Shown here piece after piece: positions 1 through 12,909 of a stretch of DNA of 35,961 nt. Source of the DNA: Nemertoderma westbladi (lineage: Eukaryota; Animalia; Xenacoelomorpha). Location of the stretch: assembly GCA_032718475.1 (NCBI GenBank), contig JAUCBJ010001058.1:1-35961 (forward strand), in the 5' to 3' direction. The notes under the pieces are model-generated. The model did not search any database. It saw nothing but the letters and a program-made list of their open reading frames with translations, and was not told the origin of the DNA. Both the position numbers and the translations under genes were made by a program. Numbering within the stretch: the first letter of the stretch is position 1; each line of letters opens with the position of its first letter.

Positions 1-213
1 CGGTTACCTTACTGCATATACCTTACTGCTGTACCGTTCTTCTTATAGCATACTGATACCTACCATACCGGTATCTGGTATATCTGCTATGCAGTCGGCG
101 CCCACCTGACTGCTGACTTATCTATCACATCTATATATGTATTATATTGATTATTATGTTGTGTACATGCTTCAGATAAACTCTTGTTCTATCTTTCGGC
201 TCACCTCACAACA
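1..213 (+). mobile_element. Possible 3' end of an LTR
   Basis: Unique sequence ending in ...CACAACA at the array edge, with AGATAAA about 35 bp upstream. No second LTR or TSD is visible. Confidence 0.3.
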
Positions 214-217
214 TAGC

Positions 218-3200
218 AAGGGTATAGATCGGTGGAGAGACGCTCATACCTGGTAAAGTATGTGGGTATAGATCGGTGGAGAGACGCTCATACCTGGTAA
301 AGTATGAGGGTATAGATCGGTGGAGAGACGCTCATACCTGGTAAAGTATGAGGGTATAGATCGGTGGAGAGACCCTCATACCTGGTTCTGTATGAGGGTA
401 TAGATCGGTGGAGAGACGCTCATACCTGGTAAAGTATGAGGGTATAGATCGGTGGAGAGACGCTCATACCTGGTAAAGTATGAGGGTATAGATCGGTGGA
501 GAGACGCTCATACCTGGTTCTGTATGAGGGTATAGATCGGTGGAGAGACGCTCATACCTGGTAAAGTATGAGGGTATAGATCGGTGGAGAGACGCTCATA
601 CCTGGTTCTGTATGAGGGTATAGATCGGTGGAGAGACGCTCATACCTGGTAAAGTATGAGGGTATAGATCGGTGGAGAGACGCTCATACCTGGTAAAGTA
701 TGAGGGTATAGATCGATGGAGAGACGCTCATACCTGGTTCTGTATGAGGGTATAGATCGGTGGAGAGACGCTCATACCTGGTAAAGTATGAGGGTATAGA
801 TCGGTGGAGAGACGCTCATACCTGGTAAAGTATGAGGGTATAGATCGGTGGAGAGACGCTCATACCTGGTAAAGTATGAGGGTATAGATCGGTGGAGAGA
901 CCCTCATACCTGGTTCTGTATGAGGGTATAGATCGGTGGAGAGACGCTCATACCTGGTTCTGTATGAGGGTATAGATCGGTGGAGAGACGCTCATACCTG
1001 GTAAAGTATGAGGGTATAGATCGGTGGAGAGACGCTCATACCTGGTACTGTATGAGGGTATAGATCGGTGGAGAGACGCTCATACCTGGTAAAGTATGAG
1101 GGTATAGATCGGTGGAGAGACGCTCATACCTGGTAAAGTATGAGGGTATAGATCGGTGGAGAGACGCTCATACCTGGTAAAGTATGAGGGTATAGATCGG
1201 TGGAGAGACCCTCATACCTGGTTCTGTATGAGGGTATAGATCGGTGGAGAGACGCTCATACCTGGTTCTGTATGAGGGTATAGATCGGTGGAGAGACGCT
1301 CATACCTGGTAAAGTATGAGGGTATAGATCGGTGGAGAGACGCTCATACCTGGTACTGTATGAGGGTATAGATCGGTGGAGAGACGCTCATACCTGGTAA
1401 AGTATGAGGGTATAGATCGGTGGAGAGACGCTCATACCTGGTTCTGTATGAGGGTATAGATCGGTGGAGAGACGCTCATACCTGGTTCTGTATGAGGGTA
1501 TAGATCGGTGGAGAGACACTCATACCTGGTAAAGTATGAGGGTATAGATCGGTGGAGAGACGCTCATACCTGGTAAAGTATGAGGGTATAGATCGGTGGA
1601 GAGACGCTCATACCTGGTTCTGTATGAGGGTATAGATCGGTGGAGAGACGCTCATACCTGGTAAAGTATGAGGGTATAGATCGGTGGAGAGACGCTCATA
1701 CCTGGTAAAGTATGAGGGTATAGATCGGTGGAGAGACGCTCATACCTGGTAAAGTATGAGGGTATAGATCGGTGGAGAGACGCTCATACCTGGTTCTGTA
1801 TGAGGGTATAGATCGGTGGAGAGACGCTCATACCTGGTAAAGTATGAGGGTATAGATCGGTGGAGAGACGCTCATACCTGGTTCTGTATGAGGGTATAGA
1901 TCGGTGGAGAGACGCTCATACCTGGTAAAGTATGAGGGTATAGATCGGTGGAGAGACGCTCATACCTGGTAAAGTATGAGGGTATAGATCGGTGGAGAGA
2001 CGCTCATACCTGGTTCTGTATGAGGGTATAGATCGGTGGAGAGACGCTCATACCTGGTAAAGTATGAGGGTATAGATCGGTGGAGAGACGCTCATACCTG
2101 GTTCTGTATGAGGGTATAGATCGGTGGAGAGACGCTCATACCTGGTAAAGTATGAGGGTATAGATCGGTGGAGAGACGCTCATACCTGGTTCTGTATGAG
2201 GGTATAGATCGGTGGAGAGACGCTCATACCTGGTTCTGTATGAGGGTATAGATCGGTGGAGAGACGCTCATACCTGGTTCTGTATTAGGGTATAGATCGG
2301 TGGAGAGACGCTCATACCTGGTAAAGTATGAGGGTATAGATCGGTGGAGAGACGCTCATACCTGGTTCTGTATGAGGGTATAGATCGGTGGAGAGACGCT
2401 CATACCTGGTAAAGTATGAGGGTATAGATCGGTGGAGAGACGCTCATACCTGGTAAAGTATGAGGGTATAGATCGGTGGAGAGACCCTCATACCTGGTTC
2501 TGTATGAGGGTATAGATCGGTGGAGAGACGCTCTTACCTGGTTCTGTATGAGGGTATAGATCGGTGGAGAGACGCTCATACCTGGTAAAGTATGAGGGTA
2601 TAGATCGGTGGAGAGACGCTCATACCTGGTAAAGTATGAGGGTATAGATCGGTGGAGAGACCCTCATACCTGGTTCTGTATGAGGGTATAGATCGGTGGA
2701 GAGACGCTCTTACCTGGTTCTGTATGAGGGTATAGATCGGTGGAGAGACGCTCATACCTGGTTCTGTATGAGGGTATAGATCGGTGGAGAGACGCTCATA
2801 CCTGGTTCTGTATGAGGGTATAGATCGGTGGAGAGACGCTCATACCTGGTAAAGTATGAGGGTATAGATCGGTGGAGAGACCCTCATACCTGGTTCTGTA
2901 TGAGGGTATAGATCGGTGGAGAGACGCTCTTACCTGGTTCTGTATGAGGGTATAGATCGGTGGAGAGACGCTCATACCTGGTAAAGTATGAGGGTATAGA
3001 TCGGTGGAGAGACGCTCATACCTGGTTCTGTATGAGGGTATAGATCGGTGGAGAGACGCTCATACCTGGTAAAGTATGAGGGTATAGATCGGTGGAGAGA
3101 CGCTCATACCTGGTTCTGTATGAGGGTATAGATCGGTGGAGAGACGCTCATACCTGGTTCTGTATGAGGGTATAGATCGGTGGAGAGACGCTCATACCTG

Positions 3201-6200
3201 GTTCTGTATTAGGGTATAGATCGGTGGAGAGACGCTCATACCTGGTAAAGTATGAGGGTATAGATCGGTCGAGAGACGCTCATACCTGGTAAAGTATGAT
3301 GGTATAGATCGGTGGAGAGACGCTCATACCTAGTAAAGTATGAGGGTATAGATCGGTGGAGAGACGCTCATAGCTGGTAAAGTATGAGGGTATAGATCGG
3401 CGGAGAGACGCTCATACCTGGTAAAGTATGAGGGTATAGATCGGTGGAGAGACGCTCATACCTGGTTCTGTATGAGGGTATAGATCGGTGGAGAGACGCT
3501 CATACCTGGTAAAGTATGAGGGTATAGATCGGTGGAGAGACGCTCATACCTGGTAAAGTATGAGGGTATAGATCGGTGGAGAGACGCTCATACCTGGTTC
3601 TGTATGAGGGTATAGATCGGTGGAGAGACGCTCATACCTGGTTCTGTATGAGGGTATAGATCGGTGGAGAGACGCTCATACCTGGTAAAGTATGAGGGTA
3701 TAGATCGGTGGAGAGACGCTCATACCTGGTAAAGTATGAGGGTATAGATCGGTGGAGAGACGCTCATACCTGGTAAAGTATGAGGGTATAGATCGGTGGA
3801 GAGACGCTCATACCTGGTAAAGTATGAGGGTATAGATCGGTGGAGAGACGCTCATACCTGGTTCTGTATGAGGGTATAGATCGGTGGAGAGACGCTCATA
3901 CCTGGTAAAGTATGAGGGTATAGATCGGTGGAGAGACGCTCATACCTGGTAAAGTATGAGGGTATAGATCGGTGGAGAGACGCTCATACCTGGTTCTGTA
4001 TGAGGGTATAGATCGGTGGAGAGACGCTCATACCTGGTTCTGTATGAGGGTATAGATCGGTGGAGAGACGCTCATACCTGGTAAAGTATGAGGGTATAGA
4101 TCGGTGGAGAGACGCTCATACCTGGTAAAGTATGAGGGTATAGATCGGTGGAGAGACCCTCATACCTGGTTCTGTATGAGGGTATAGATCGGTGGAGAGA
4201 CGCTCATACCTGGTTCTGTATGAGGGTATAGATCGGTGGAGAGACGCTCATACCTGGTAAAGTATGAGGGTATAGATCGGTGGAGAGACGCTCATACCTG
4301 GTTCTGTATGAGGGTATAGATCGGTGGAGAGACGCTCATACCTGGTAAAGTATGAGGGTATAGATCGGTGGAGAGACGCTCATACCTGGTTCTGTATGAG
4401 GGTATAGATCGGTGGAGAGACGCTCATACCTGGTTCTGTATGAGGGTATAGATCGGTGGAGAGACGCTCATACCTGGTAAAGTATGAGGGTATAGATCGG
4501 TGGAGAGACGCTCATACCTGGTTCTGTATGAGGGTATAGATCGGTGGAGAGACGCTCATACCTGGTAAAGTATGAGGGTATAGATCGGTGGAGAGACGCT
4601 CATACCTGGTTCTGTATGAGGGTATAGATCAGTGGAGAGATGCTCATACCTGGTTCTGTATGAGGGTATAGATCGGTGGAGAGATGCTCATACCTGGTTC
4701 TGTATGAGGGTATAGATCGGTGGAGAGACGCTCATACCTGGTAAAGTATGAGGGTATAGATCGGTGGAGAGACGCTCATACCTGGTTCTGTATGAGGGTA
4801 TAGATCAGTGGAGAGATGCTCATACCTGGTTCTGTATGAGGGTATAGATCGGTGGAGAGATGCTCATACCTGGTTCTGTATGAGGGTATAGATCGGTGGA
4901 GAGACGCTCATACCTGGTTCTGTATGAGGGTATAGATGGGTGGAGAGACGCTCATACCTGGTAAAGTATGAGGGTATAGATCGGTGGAGAGACGCTCATA
5001 CCTGATTCTGTATGAGGGTATAGATCGGTGGAGAGACGCTCATACCTGGTTCTGTATGAGGGTATAGATCGGTGGAGAGACGCTCATACCTGGTAAAGTA
5101 TGAGGGTATAGATCGGTGGAAAGACACTCATACCTGGTTCTGTATGAGGGTATAGATCGGTGGAGAGACGCTCATAGCTGGTAAAGTATGAGGGTATAGA
5201 TCGGTGGAGAGACGCTCATACCTGGTTCTGTATGAGGGTATAGATCGGTGGAGAGACGCTCATACCTGGTTCTGTATGAGGGTATAGATTGGTGGAGAGA
5301 CGCTCATAGCTGGTAAAGTATGGGGGTATAGATCGGTGGAGAGACGCTCATAGCTGGTAAAGTATGAGGGTATAGATCGGTGGAGAGACGCTCATACCTG
5401 GTTCTGTATGAGGGTATAGATCGGTGGAAAGACACTCATACCTGGTAAAGTATGAGGGTATAGATCGGTGGAGAGACGCTCATACCTGGTTCTGTATGAG
5501 GGTATAGATCGGTGGAGAGAACGCTCATACCTGGTAAAGTATGAGGGTATAGATTGGTGGAGAGACGCTCATAGCTGGTAAAGTATGAGGGTATAGATCG
5601 GTGGAGAGACGCTCATAGCTGGTAAAGTATGAGGGTATAGATCGGTGGAGAGACGCTCATACCTGGTAAAGTATGAGGGTATAGATCGGTGGAGAGACGC
5701 TCATACCTGGTTCTGTATGAGGGTATAGATCGGTGGAGAGACGCTCATACCTGGTTCTGTATGAGGGTATAGATCGGTGGAGAGACGCTCATACCTGGTT
5801 CTGTATGAGGGTATAGATCGGTGGAGAGACGCTCATACCTGGTTCTGTATGAGGGTATAGATCGGTGGAGAGACGCTCATACCTGGTTCTGTATGAGGGT
5901 ATAGATCGGTGGAGAGACGCTCATACCTGGTTCTGTATGAGGGTATAGATCGGTGGAGAGACGCTCATACCTGGTTCTGTATGAGGGTATAGATCGGTGG
6001 AGAGACGCTCATACCTGGTTCTGTATGAGGGTATAGATCGGTGGAGAGACGCTCATACCTGGTTCTGTATGAGGGTATAGATCGGTGGAGAGAACGCTCA
6101 TACCTGGTAAAGTATGAGGGTATAGATCGGTGGAGAGACGCTCATACCTGGTTCTGTATGAGGGTATAGATCGGTGGAGAGACGCTCATACCTGGTTCTG

Positions 6201-8244
6201 TATGAGGGTATAGATCGGTGGAGAGACGCTCATACCTGGTTCTGTATGAGGGTATAGATCGGTGGAGAGACGCTCATACCTGGTAAAGTATGAGGGTATA
6301 GATCGGTGGAGAGACGCTCATACCTGGTTCTGTATGAGGGTATAGATCGGTGGAGAGACGCTCATACCTGGTAAAGTATGAGGGTATAGATCGGTGGAGA
6401 GACGCTCATACCTGGTAAAGTATGATGGTATAGATCGGTGGAGAGACGCTCATACCTGGTTCTGTATGAGGGTATAGATCGGTGGAGAGACGCTCATACC
6501 TGGTTCTGTATGAGGGTATAGATCGGTGGAGAGACGCTCATACCTGGTAAAGTATGAGGGTATAGATCGGTGGAGAGACGCTCATACCTGGTAAAGTATG
6601 AGGGTATAGATCGGTGGAGAGACGCTCATACCTGGTAAAGTATGATGGTATAGATCGGTGGAGAGACGCTCATACCTGGTTCTGTATGAGGGTATAGATC
6701 GGTGGAGAGACGCTCATACCTGGTTCTGTATGAGGGTATAGATCGGTGGAGAGACGCTCATACCTGGTAAAGTATGAGGGTATAGATCGGTGGAGAGACG
6801 CTCATACCTGGTAAAGTATGAGGGTATAGATCGGTGGAGAGACGCTCATACCTGGTAAAGTATGAGGGTATAGATCGGTGGAGAGACGCTCATACCTGGT
6901 AAAGTATGAGGGTATAGATCGGTGGAGAGACGCTCATACCTGGTTCTGTATGAGGGTATAGATCGGTGGAGAGACGCTCATACCTGGTTCTGTATGAGGG
7001 TATAGATCGGTGGAGAGACGCTCATACCTGGTTCTGTATGAGGGTATAGATCGGTGGAGAGACGCTCATACCTGGTTCTGTATGAGGGTATAGATCGGTG
7101 GAGAGACGCTCATACCTGGTTCTGTATGAGGGTATAGATCGGTGGAGAGACGCTCATACCTGGTTCTGTATGAGGGTATAGATCGGTGGAGAGAACGCTC
7201 ATACCTGGTAAAGTATGAGGGTATAGATCGGTGGAGAGACGCTCATACCTGGTTCTGTATGAGGGTATAGATCGGTGGAGAGACGCTCATACCTGGTTCT
7301 GTATGAGGGTATAGATCGGTGGAGAGACGCTCATACCTGGTTCTGTATGAGGGTATAGATCGGTGGAGAGAACGCTCATACCTGGTAAAGTATGAGGGTA
7401 TAGATCGGTGGAGAGACGCTCATACCTGGTTCTGTATGAGGGTATAGATCGGTGGAGAGACGCTCATACCTGGTAAAGTATGAGGGTATAGATCGGTGGA
7501 GAGACGCTCATACCTGGTAAAGTATGAGGGTATAGATCGGTGGAGAGACGCTCATACCTGGTTCAGTATGAGGGTATAGATCGGTGGAGAGACGCTCATA
7601 CCTGGTTCTGTATGAGGGTATAGATCGGTGGAGAGACGCTCATACCTGGTAAAGTATGAGGGTATAGATCGGTGGAGAGACGCTCATACCTGGTAAAGTA
7701 TGAGGGTATAGATCGGTGGAGAGACGCTCATACCTGGTAAAGTATGAGGGTATAGATCGGTGGAGAGACACTCATACCTGGTTCTGTATGAGGGTATAGA
7801 TCGGTGGAGAGACGCTCATACCTGGTTCTGTATGAGGGTATAGATCGGTGGAGAGACGCTCATACCTGGTAAGGTATGAGGGTATAGATCGGTGGAGAGA
7901 CGCTCATACCTGGTAAAGTATGAGGGTATAGATCGGTGGAGAGACGCTCATACCTGGTTCTGTATGAGGGTATAGATCGGTGGAGAGACACTCATACCTG
8001 GTAAAGTATGAGGGTATAGATCGGTGGAGAGACGCTCATACCTGGTTCTGTATGAGGGTATAGATCGGTGGAGAGACGCTCATACCTGGTTCTGTATGAG
8101 GGTATAGATCGGTGGAGAGACGCTCATACCTGGTAAAGTATGAGGGTATAGATCGGTGGAGAGACGCTCATACCTGGTAAAGTATGAGGGTATAGATCGG
8201 TGGAGAGACGCTCATACCTGGTTCTGTATCAGGGTATAGATCGG
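218..8244. repeat. 44-bp minisatellite, distal block (about 182 units)
   Basis: Unit tatgagggtatagatcggtggagagacgctcatacctggt(tct/aaa)g, very homogeneous. The minus strand reads CCAG|GTATGAG, the exon 7 donor. Confidence 0.98.
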
Positions 8245-9377
8245 CTGTTATCTTTGTTGACTTCTTCAAGGCCTTTGATTCAGTTTCTCGCTCACGTATG
8301 TTCAGCATACTTTCATTATATGGGATTCCTGATGAAATTATTGCAGACTGTTGACGGTGACACAGAACCATTTGAAGTGTTATGGGGCGTCCTCCAAGGA
8401 GACACACTTGCACCATTCTTGTTCATTATTGTGGTTGACTACGTTCTAGGCATGTCCTTAGATCATCATAATGATGATGGGGTAATGATAACTCCACCTA
8501 CTGGCTCCAGAAGTCGAGGAAATCCTGCCAAGTACCTAACTGATCTAGACTTTGCTGATGACTTAGGAGTACTCTCAGAATCATTAGAGGGAGCCCAACG
8601 GCTCCTCAGCTCATTAGAACATGCTGCTTCTAGTGTTGGTCTTTTTATTAACTCCAGAAAGACCAAAATTATGACAGTTAACTTTGAAAGTCCTCAGCAA
8701 GTCTCTGATCGGATGAGCATAAGCTCAAAGGATGGTATGCTTGAGCATGTGGACGACTTCTGTTACCTGGGATCATGGATCCGGAAGTCAGGTGAGGACC
8801 TTCGAATACGTAAGGGAAAGGCATGGGCAGCCTTGAATAGGCTTTCCAGGATTTGGAAGTCACCGAGAATTAATCGGAAACTTAAGGTCCGATTATTTAG
8901 AGCAGCAGTAGTTCCAGTACTCCTCTACGGGAGTCCATGCTGGGCTCTAACTGCTGAGGACACCAAATCTCTGGATGGCACATTCACAAGAATGCTACGC
9001 CGGGTTCATTGTGTCAAGTACAATGCACACATCTCCAACCAGACGCTATATAACATTGGAGGTGTCTCATTGGTTCCCCCAAGCTTGACACTAGAACAAA
9101 ATCGCCTCCGCTTTGCAGGACATTGCTTTCGCCGTGAGGACCAGCCAGTGCATAATCTTGTACTTTGGCAGCCTCATGGAGTGAATAAGCATGGTGGACA
9201 GCCCATGACTTTCTTGAGACGCATCTTAAAGGACACAGGCCTTAAAGATGCGGATGATCTAGCAAATGTCATGGGTGATAGGGAGTTGTGGCGGTGCAAT
9301 TTTGTTGACAAGCCGGCACAGCATTCCTAAAAATGCAGCTGCAATGCAGCATGCCGATCCTAGTAGTAGTAGTAGTA
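8245..9377 (+). mobile_element. 5'-truncated non-LTR retrotransposon, RTE-like, reverse transcriptase C-terminal part
   Basis: Motifs FVDFFKAFDSV (different frame, from about 8245), GVLQGDTLAPFLF, LDFADDL and FCYLGS. Stop at 9330, short 3' UTR, (TAG)n tail 9361-9377. Flanking direct repeat gtatagatcgg at 8234-8244 and 9378-9388. Confidence 0.93.
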
Positions 9378-10209
9378 GTATAGATCGGTGGAGAGAACGC
9401 TCATACCTGGTTCTGTATGAGGGTATAGATCGGTGGAGAGAACGCTCATACCTGGTAAAGTATGAGGGTATAGATCGGTGGAGAGACGCTCATACCTGGT
9501 AAAGTATGAGGGTATAGATCGGTGGAGAGACGCTCATACCTGGTAAAGTATGAGGGTATAGATCGGTGGAGAGACGCTCATACCTGGTTCTGTATGAGGG
9601 TATAGATCGGTGGAGAGACACTCATAGCTGGTAAAGTATGAGGGTATAGATCGGTGGAGAGACGCTCATACCTGGTAAAGTATGAGGGTATAGATCGGTG
9701 GAGAGACGCTCATACCTGGTAAAGTATGAGGGTATAGATCGGTGGAGAGACGCTCATACCTGGTTCTGTATGAGGGTATAGATCGGTGGAGAGAACGCTC
9801 ATACCTGGTAAAGTATGAGGGTATAGATCGGTGGAGAGACGCTCATACCTGGTAAAGTATGAGGGTATAGATCGGTGGAGAGACGCTCATACCTGGTAAA
9901 GTATGAGGGTATAGATCGGTGGAGAGACGCTCATACCTGGTAAAGTATGAGGGTATAGATCGGTGGAGAGACGCTCATACCTGGTTCTGTATGAGGGTAT
10001 AGATCGGTGCAGAGACGCTCATACCTGGTAAAGTATGAGGTTATAGATCGGTGGAGAGACGCTCATACCTGGTAAAGTATGAGGGTATAGATCGGTGGAG
10101 AGACGCTCATAGCTGGTAAAGTATGAGGGTATAGATCGGTGGAGAGACGCTAATACCTGGTAAAGTATGAGGGTATAGATCGGTGGAGAGACGCTCATAC
10201 CTGGTTCTG
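9378..10209. repeat. 44-bp minisatellite, proximal block (about 19 units), overlapping the exon 7 donor
   Basis: Same unit. The terminal copy runs into the last 9 exon bases (CAGAACCAG). Confidence 0.97.
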
Positions 10210-10408
10210 CTAAGTAAATTGAATTAGGAATATTCATATTGGTTTTCCACATTGGAGGTTCATTTTCATCAAGTATTAGGATATGAAATTCTTGGTATGA
10301 ATCTTCTATGTGAGACAAATCGGGCGTATATGTTGCTCGCACAGTAGCGTTGATCTGTTTGCCAGACAGGCGTTCGTAATCGAGTGAGTTCGAATCCTTC
10401 ACATCAAT
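10201..10408 (-). CDS. Cadherin-repeat gene, exon 7 (IDVKDSNSLDYERLSGKQINATVRATYTPDLSHIEDSYQEFHILILDENEPPMWKTNMNIPNSIYLAEPG)
   Basis: Acceptor tttgcag| and donor CCAG|gtatga. 208 bp, phase 0 to 1. LDYE and DENEPP cadherin motifs. No further exon was found down to position 1. Confidence 0.88.
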
Positions 10409-10499
10409 CTGCAAACCATTGAAAAAAATATATATTAAAGATATTGTATTAATAATAAAAATAAAGATTGAAGAAGGGAATAAAGAAAGGGAGCCCAAT

Positions 10500-11876
10500 C
10501 ATAAAATGAACGCAGTATGTAACTGTGTTCCCAGATGCCCATAATATGAACGCAGTATGTAACTGTGTTCCCAGATGCCCATAATATGAACGCAGTATGT
10601 AACTGTGTTCCCAGATGCCCATAATATGAACGCAGTATGTAACTGTGTTCCCAGATGCCCATAATATGAACGCAGTATGTAACTGTGTTCCCAGATGCCC
10701 ATATTATGAACGCAGTATGTAACTGTGTTCCCAGATGCCCATAATATGAACGCAGTATGTAACTGTGTTCCCAGATGCCCATAATATGAACGCAGTATGT
10801 AACTGTGTTCCCAGATGCCCATAATATGAACGCAGTATGTAACTGTGTTCCCAGATGCCCATAATATGAACGCAGTATGTAACTGTGTTCCCAGATGCCC
10901 ATAATATGAACGCAGTATGTAACTGTGTTCCCAGATGCCCATAATATGAACGCAGTATGTAACTGTGTTCCCAGATGCCCATAATATGAACGCAGTATGT
11001 AACTGTGTTCCCAGATGCCCATATTATGAACGCAGTATGTAACTGTGTTCCCAGATGCCCATAATATGAACGCAGTATGTAACTGTGTTCCCAGATGCCC
11101 ATAATATGAACGCAGTATGTAACTGTGTTCCCAGATGCCCATAATATGAACGCAGTATGTAACTGTGTTCCCAGATGCCCATAATATGAACGCAGTATGT
11201 AACTGTGTTCCCAGATGCCCATAACATGAACGCAGTATGTAACTGTGTTGTTCCCAGATGCCCATAATATGAACGCAGTATGTAACTGTGTTCCCAGATG
11301 CCCATAATATGAACGCAGTATGTAACTGTGTTCCCAGATGCCCATAATATGAACGCAGTATGTAACTGTGTTCCCAGATGCCCATAACATGAACGCAGTA
11401 TGTAACTGTGTTGTTCCCAGATGCCCATAATATGAACGCAGTATGTAACTGTGTTCCCAGATGCCCATAATATGAACGCAGTATGTAACTGTGTTCCCAG
11501 ATGCCCATAATATGAACGCAGTATGTAACTGTGTTCCCAGATGCCCATAATATGAACGCAGTATGTAACTGTGTTCCCAGATGCCCATAATATGAACGCA
11601 GTATGTAACTGTGTTCCCAGATGCCCATAATATGAACGCAGTATGTAACTGTGTTCCCAGATGCCCATAATATGAACGCAGTATGTAACTGTGTTCCCAG
11701 ATGCCCATAATATGAACGCAGTATGTAACTGTGTTCCCAGATGCCCATAATATGAACGCAGTATGTAACTGTGTTCCCAGATGCCCATAACATGAACGCA
11801 GTATGCAACTGTGTTCCCAGATGCCCATAACATGAACGCAGTATGTAACTGTGTTGTTCCCAGATGCCCATAATAT
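10500..11876. repeat. 40-bp minisatellite (about 34 units, three 43-bp variants)
   Basis: Unit ataatatgaacgcagtatgtaactgtgttcccagatgccc, nearly invariant. Fills most of intron 6. Confidence 0.98.
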
Positions 11877-12056
11877 TCCTCGAATTTCGGCTCACTACAG
11901 ATATTTGGTCCGATTTTTGCGGTGAACAAACTCTATCCGATATTATTAGAAATATATCAAAATTGAATAATTAGAGTTAAACAAACAGTTCTTTATGAAG
12001 TACTAAGTGATTAGTAAACAAACTTGGTAGTTAATGGAGTGATTGCGGTTACTTAC

Positions 12057-12277
12057 TCTGAAGTCCATACCGGAAAACAAATCTTTATCCTTTACTTCGA
12101 GTGATTGAGACGCCAAGTGATCCCATATAATTGTAGCATCCGTTAGTTTCATCCCAGCCAGGGGAATGTATTTATATACAGCCGAACGCGGTACAACAAC
12201 AGTTCCAGCGGGTGCGTTCTCTCCAACACCGAATCTTCCCCCAATGATTGCAATGTGGTTCGGTTGCTCTTTTGTTG
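12057..12277 (-). CDS. Cadherin-repeat gene, exon 6 (ATKEQPNHIAIIGGRFGVGENAPAGTVVV...LEVKDKDLFSGMDFR)
   Basis: Phase-compatible acceptor actttcag| and donor AGA|gtaagt. 221 bp, phase 1 to 0. VxENxPxGTxV and VKDKD motifs. Confidence 0.8.
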
Positions 12278-12404
12278 CTGAAAGTTTTGCATAAAAATGA
12301 GGTTGATTCAGACCGTAGCTAAACTCCACACTACAGAGTTCAGCAATAAAATACACAATATCATTGTCAATACTATATAAACTTAGTCAAATCGTTTAAC
12401 TCAC

Positions 12405-12572
12405 CAATCATTAACGTAATCTTTTGCACGTCAAACATGGGTGTTGGAATAGCTGAGTCGGCTACTTTCACATCAATTTTAAATGCTTGACCCAATAATG
12501 GACTTGATCCGTCTACCGCTTGCTTCAACGTAATAGCACCAGTAGTTGGATCAATTGCGAATAGAGTTAGGG
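12405..12572 (-). CDS. Cadherin-repeat gene, exon 5 (ALTLFAIDPTTGAITLKQAVDGSSPLLGQAFKIDVKVADSAIPTPMFDVQKITLMI)
   Basis: Acceptor ttttatcttcag| and donor ATTG|gtgagt. 168 bp, phase 1 to 1. FxIDxxTGxIxL and VxVxD are cadherin motifs. Translated by hand. Confidence 0.9.
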
Positions 12573-12909
12573 CTGAAGATAAAATAAAATCGTAATTGAA
12601 TTTTATTTACTTTTATGGAGACGTCAGTTTTATATTTACTACCAAAGTGTCACAGCAGAAATAATACGATTATGCCATCAACCATCGGCTATCCTTCATT
12701 CACTGCCTTCATAAAGAATGATAGACAGTTTGGGGCGAGCGAAGACATATGTGATTTTTAGAATACAGTTTGTTACGGGACAACAGTCTGCTCTTCCCGC
12801 TCAATATCTTAGTATTTCTGAAAACAGGACGCTTCAAAGAATTTCACTAAACGGGGTCCGCGAATGACGATGAGAGTTTCAGTGCTTTCACACTAAACAA
12901 TGGGAGGGC

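Noticed and set aside
8200-8350. N-terminus of the 376-aa RT ORF
   Set aside because: It begins in satellite sequence. The true RT motif (FVDFFKAFDS) is in another frame, so this is not an intact gene.
10435-11929. Four overlapping ORFs in the 40-bp array
   Set aside because: The same peptide appears in all three frames, as expected for a stop-free non-3n unit.
11878-11935. Possible extra small exon (SLFTAKIGPNICSEPKFEE)
   Set aside because: Weak pyrimidine tract, no convincing donor and no cadherin motif. Exons 6 and 7 already join in phase 0. Not fully excluded.
12278-12330. Longer exon 6 from upstream AGs (tgtag, tttag)
   Set aside because: These are phase 2, incompatible with the phase-1 donor of exon 5.
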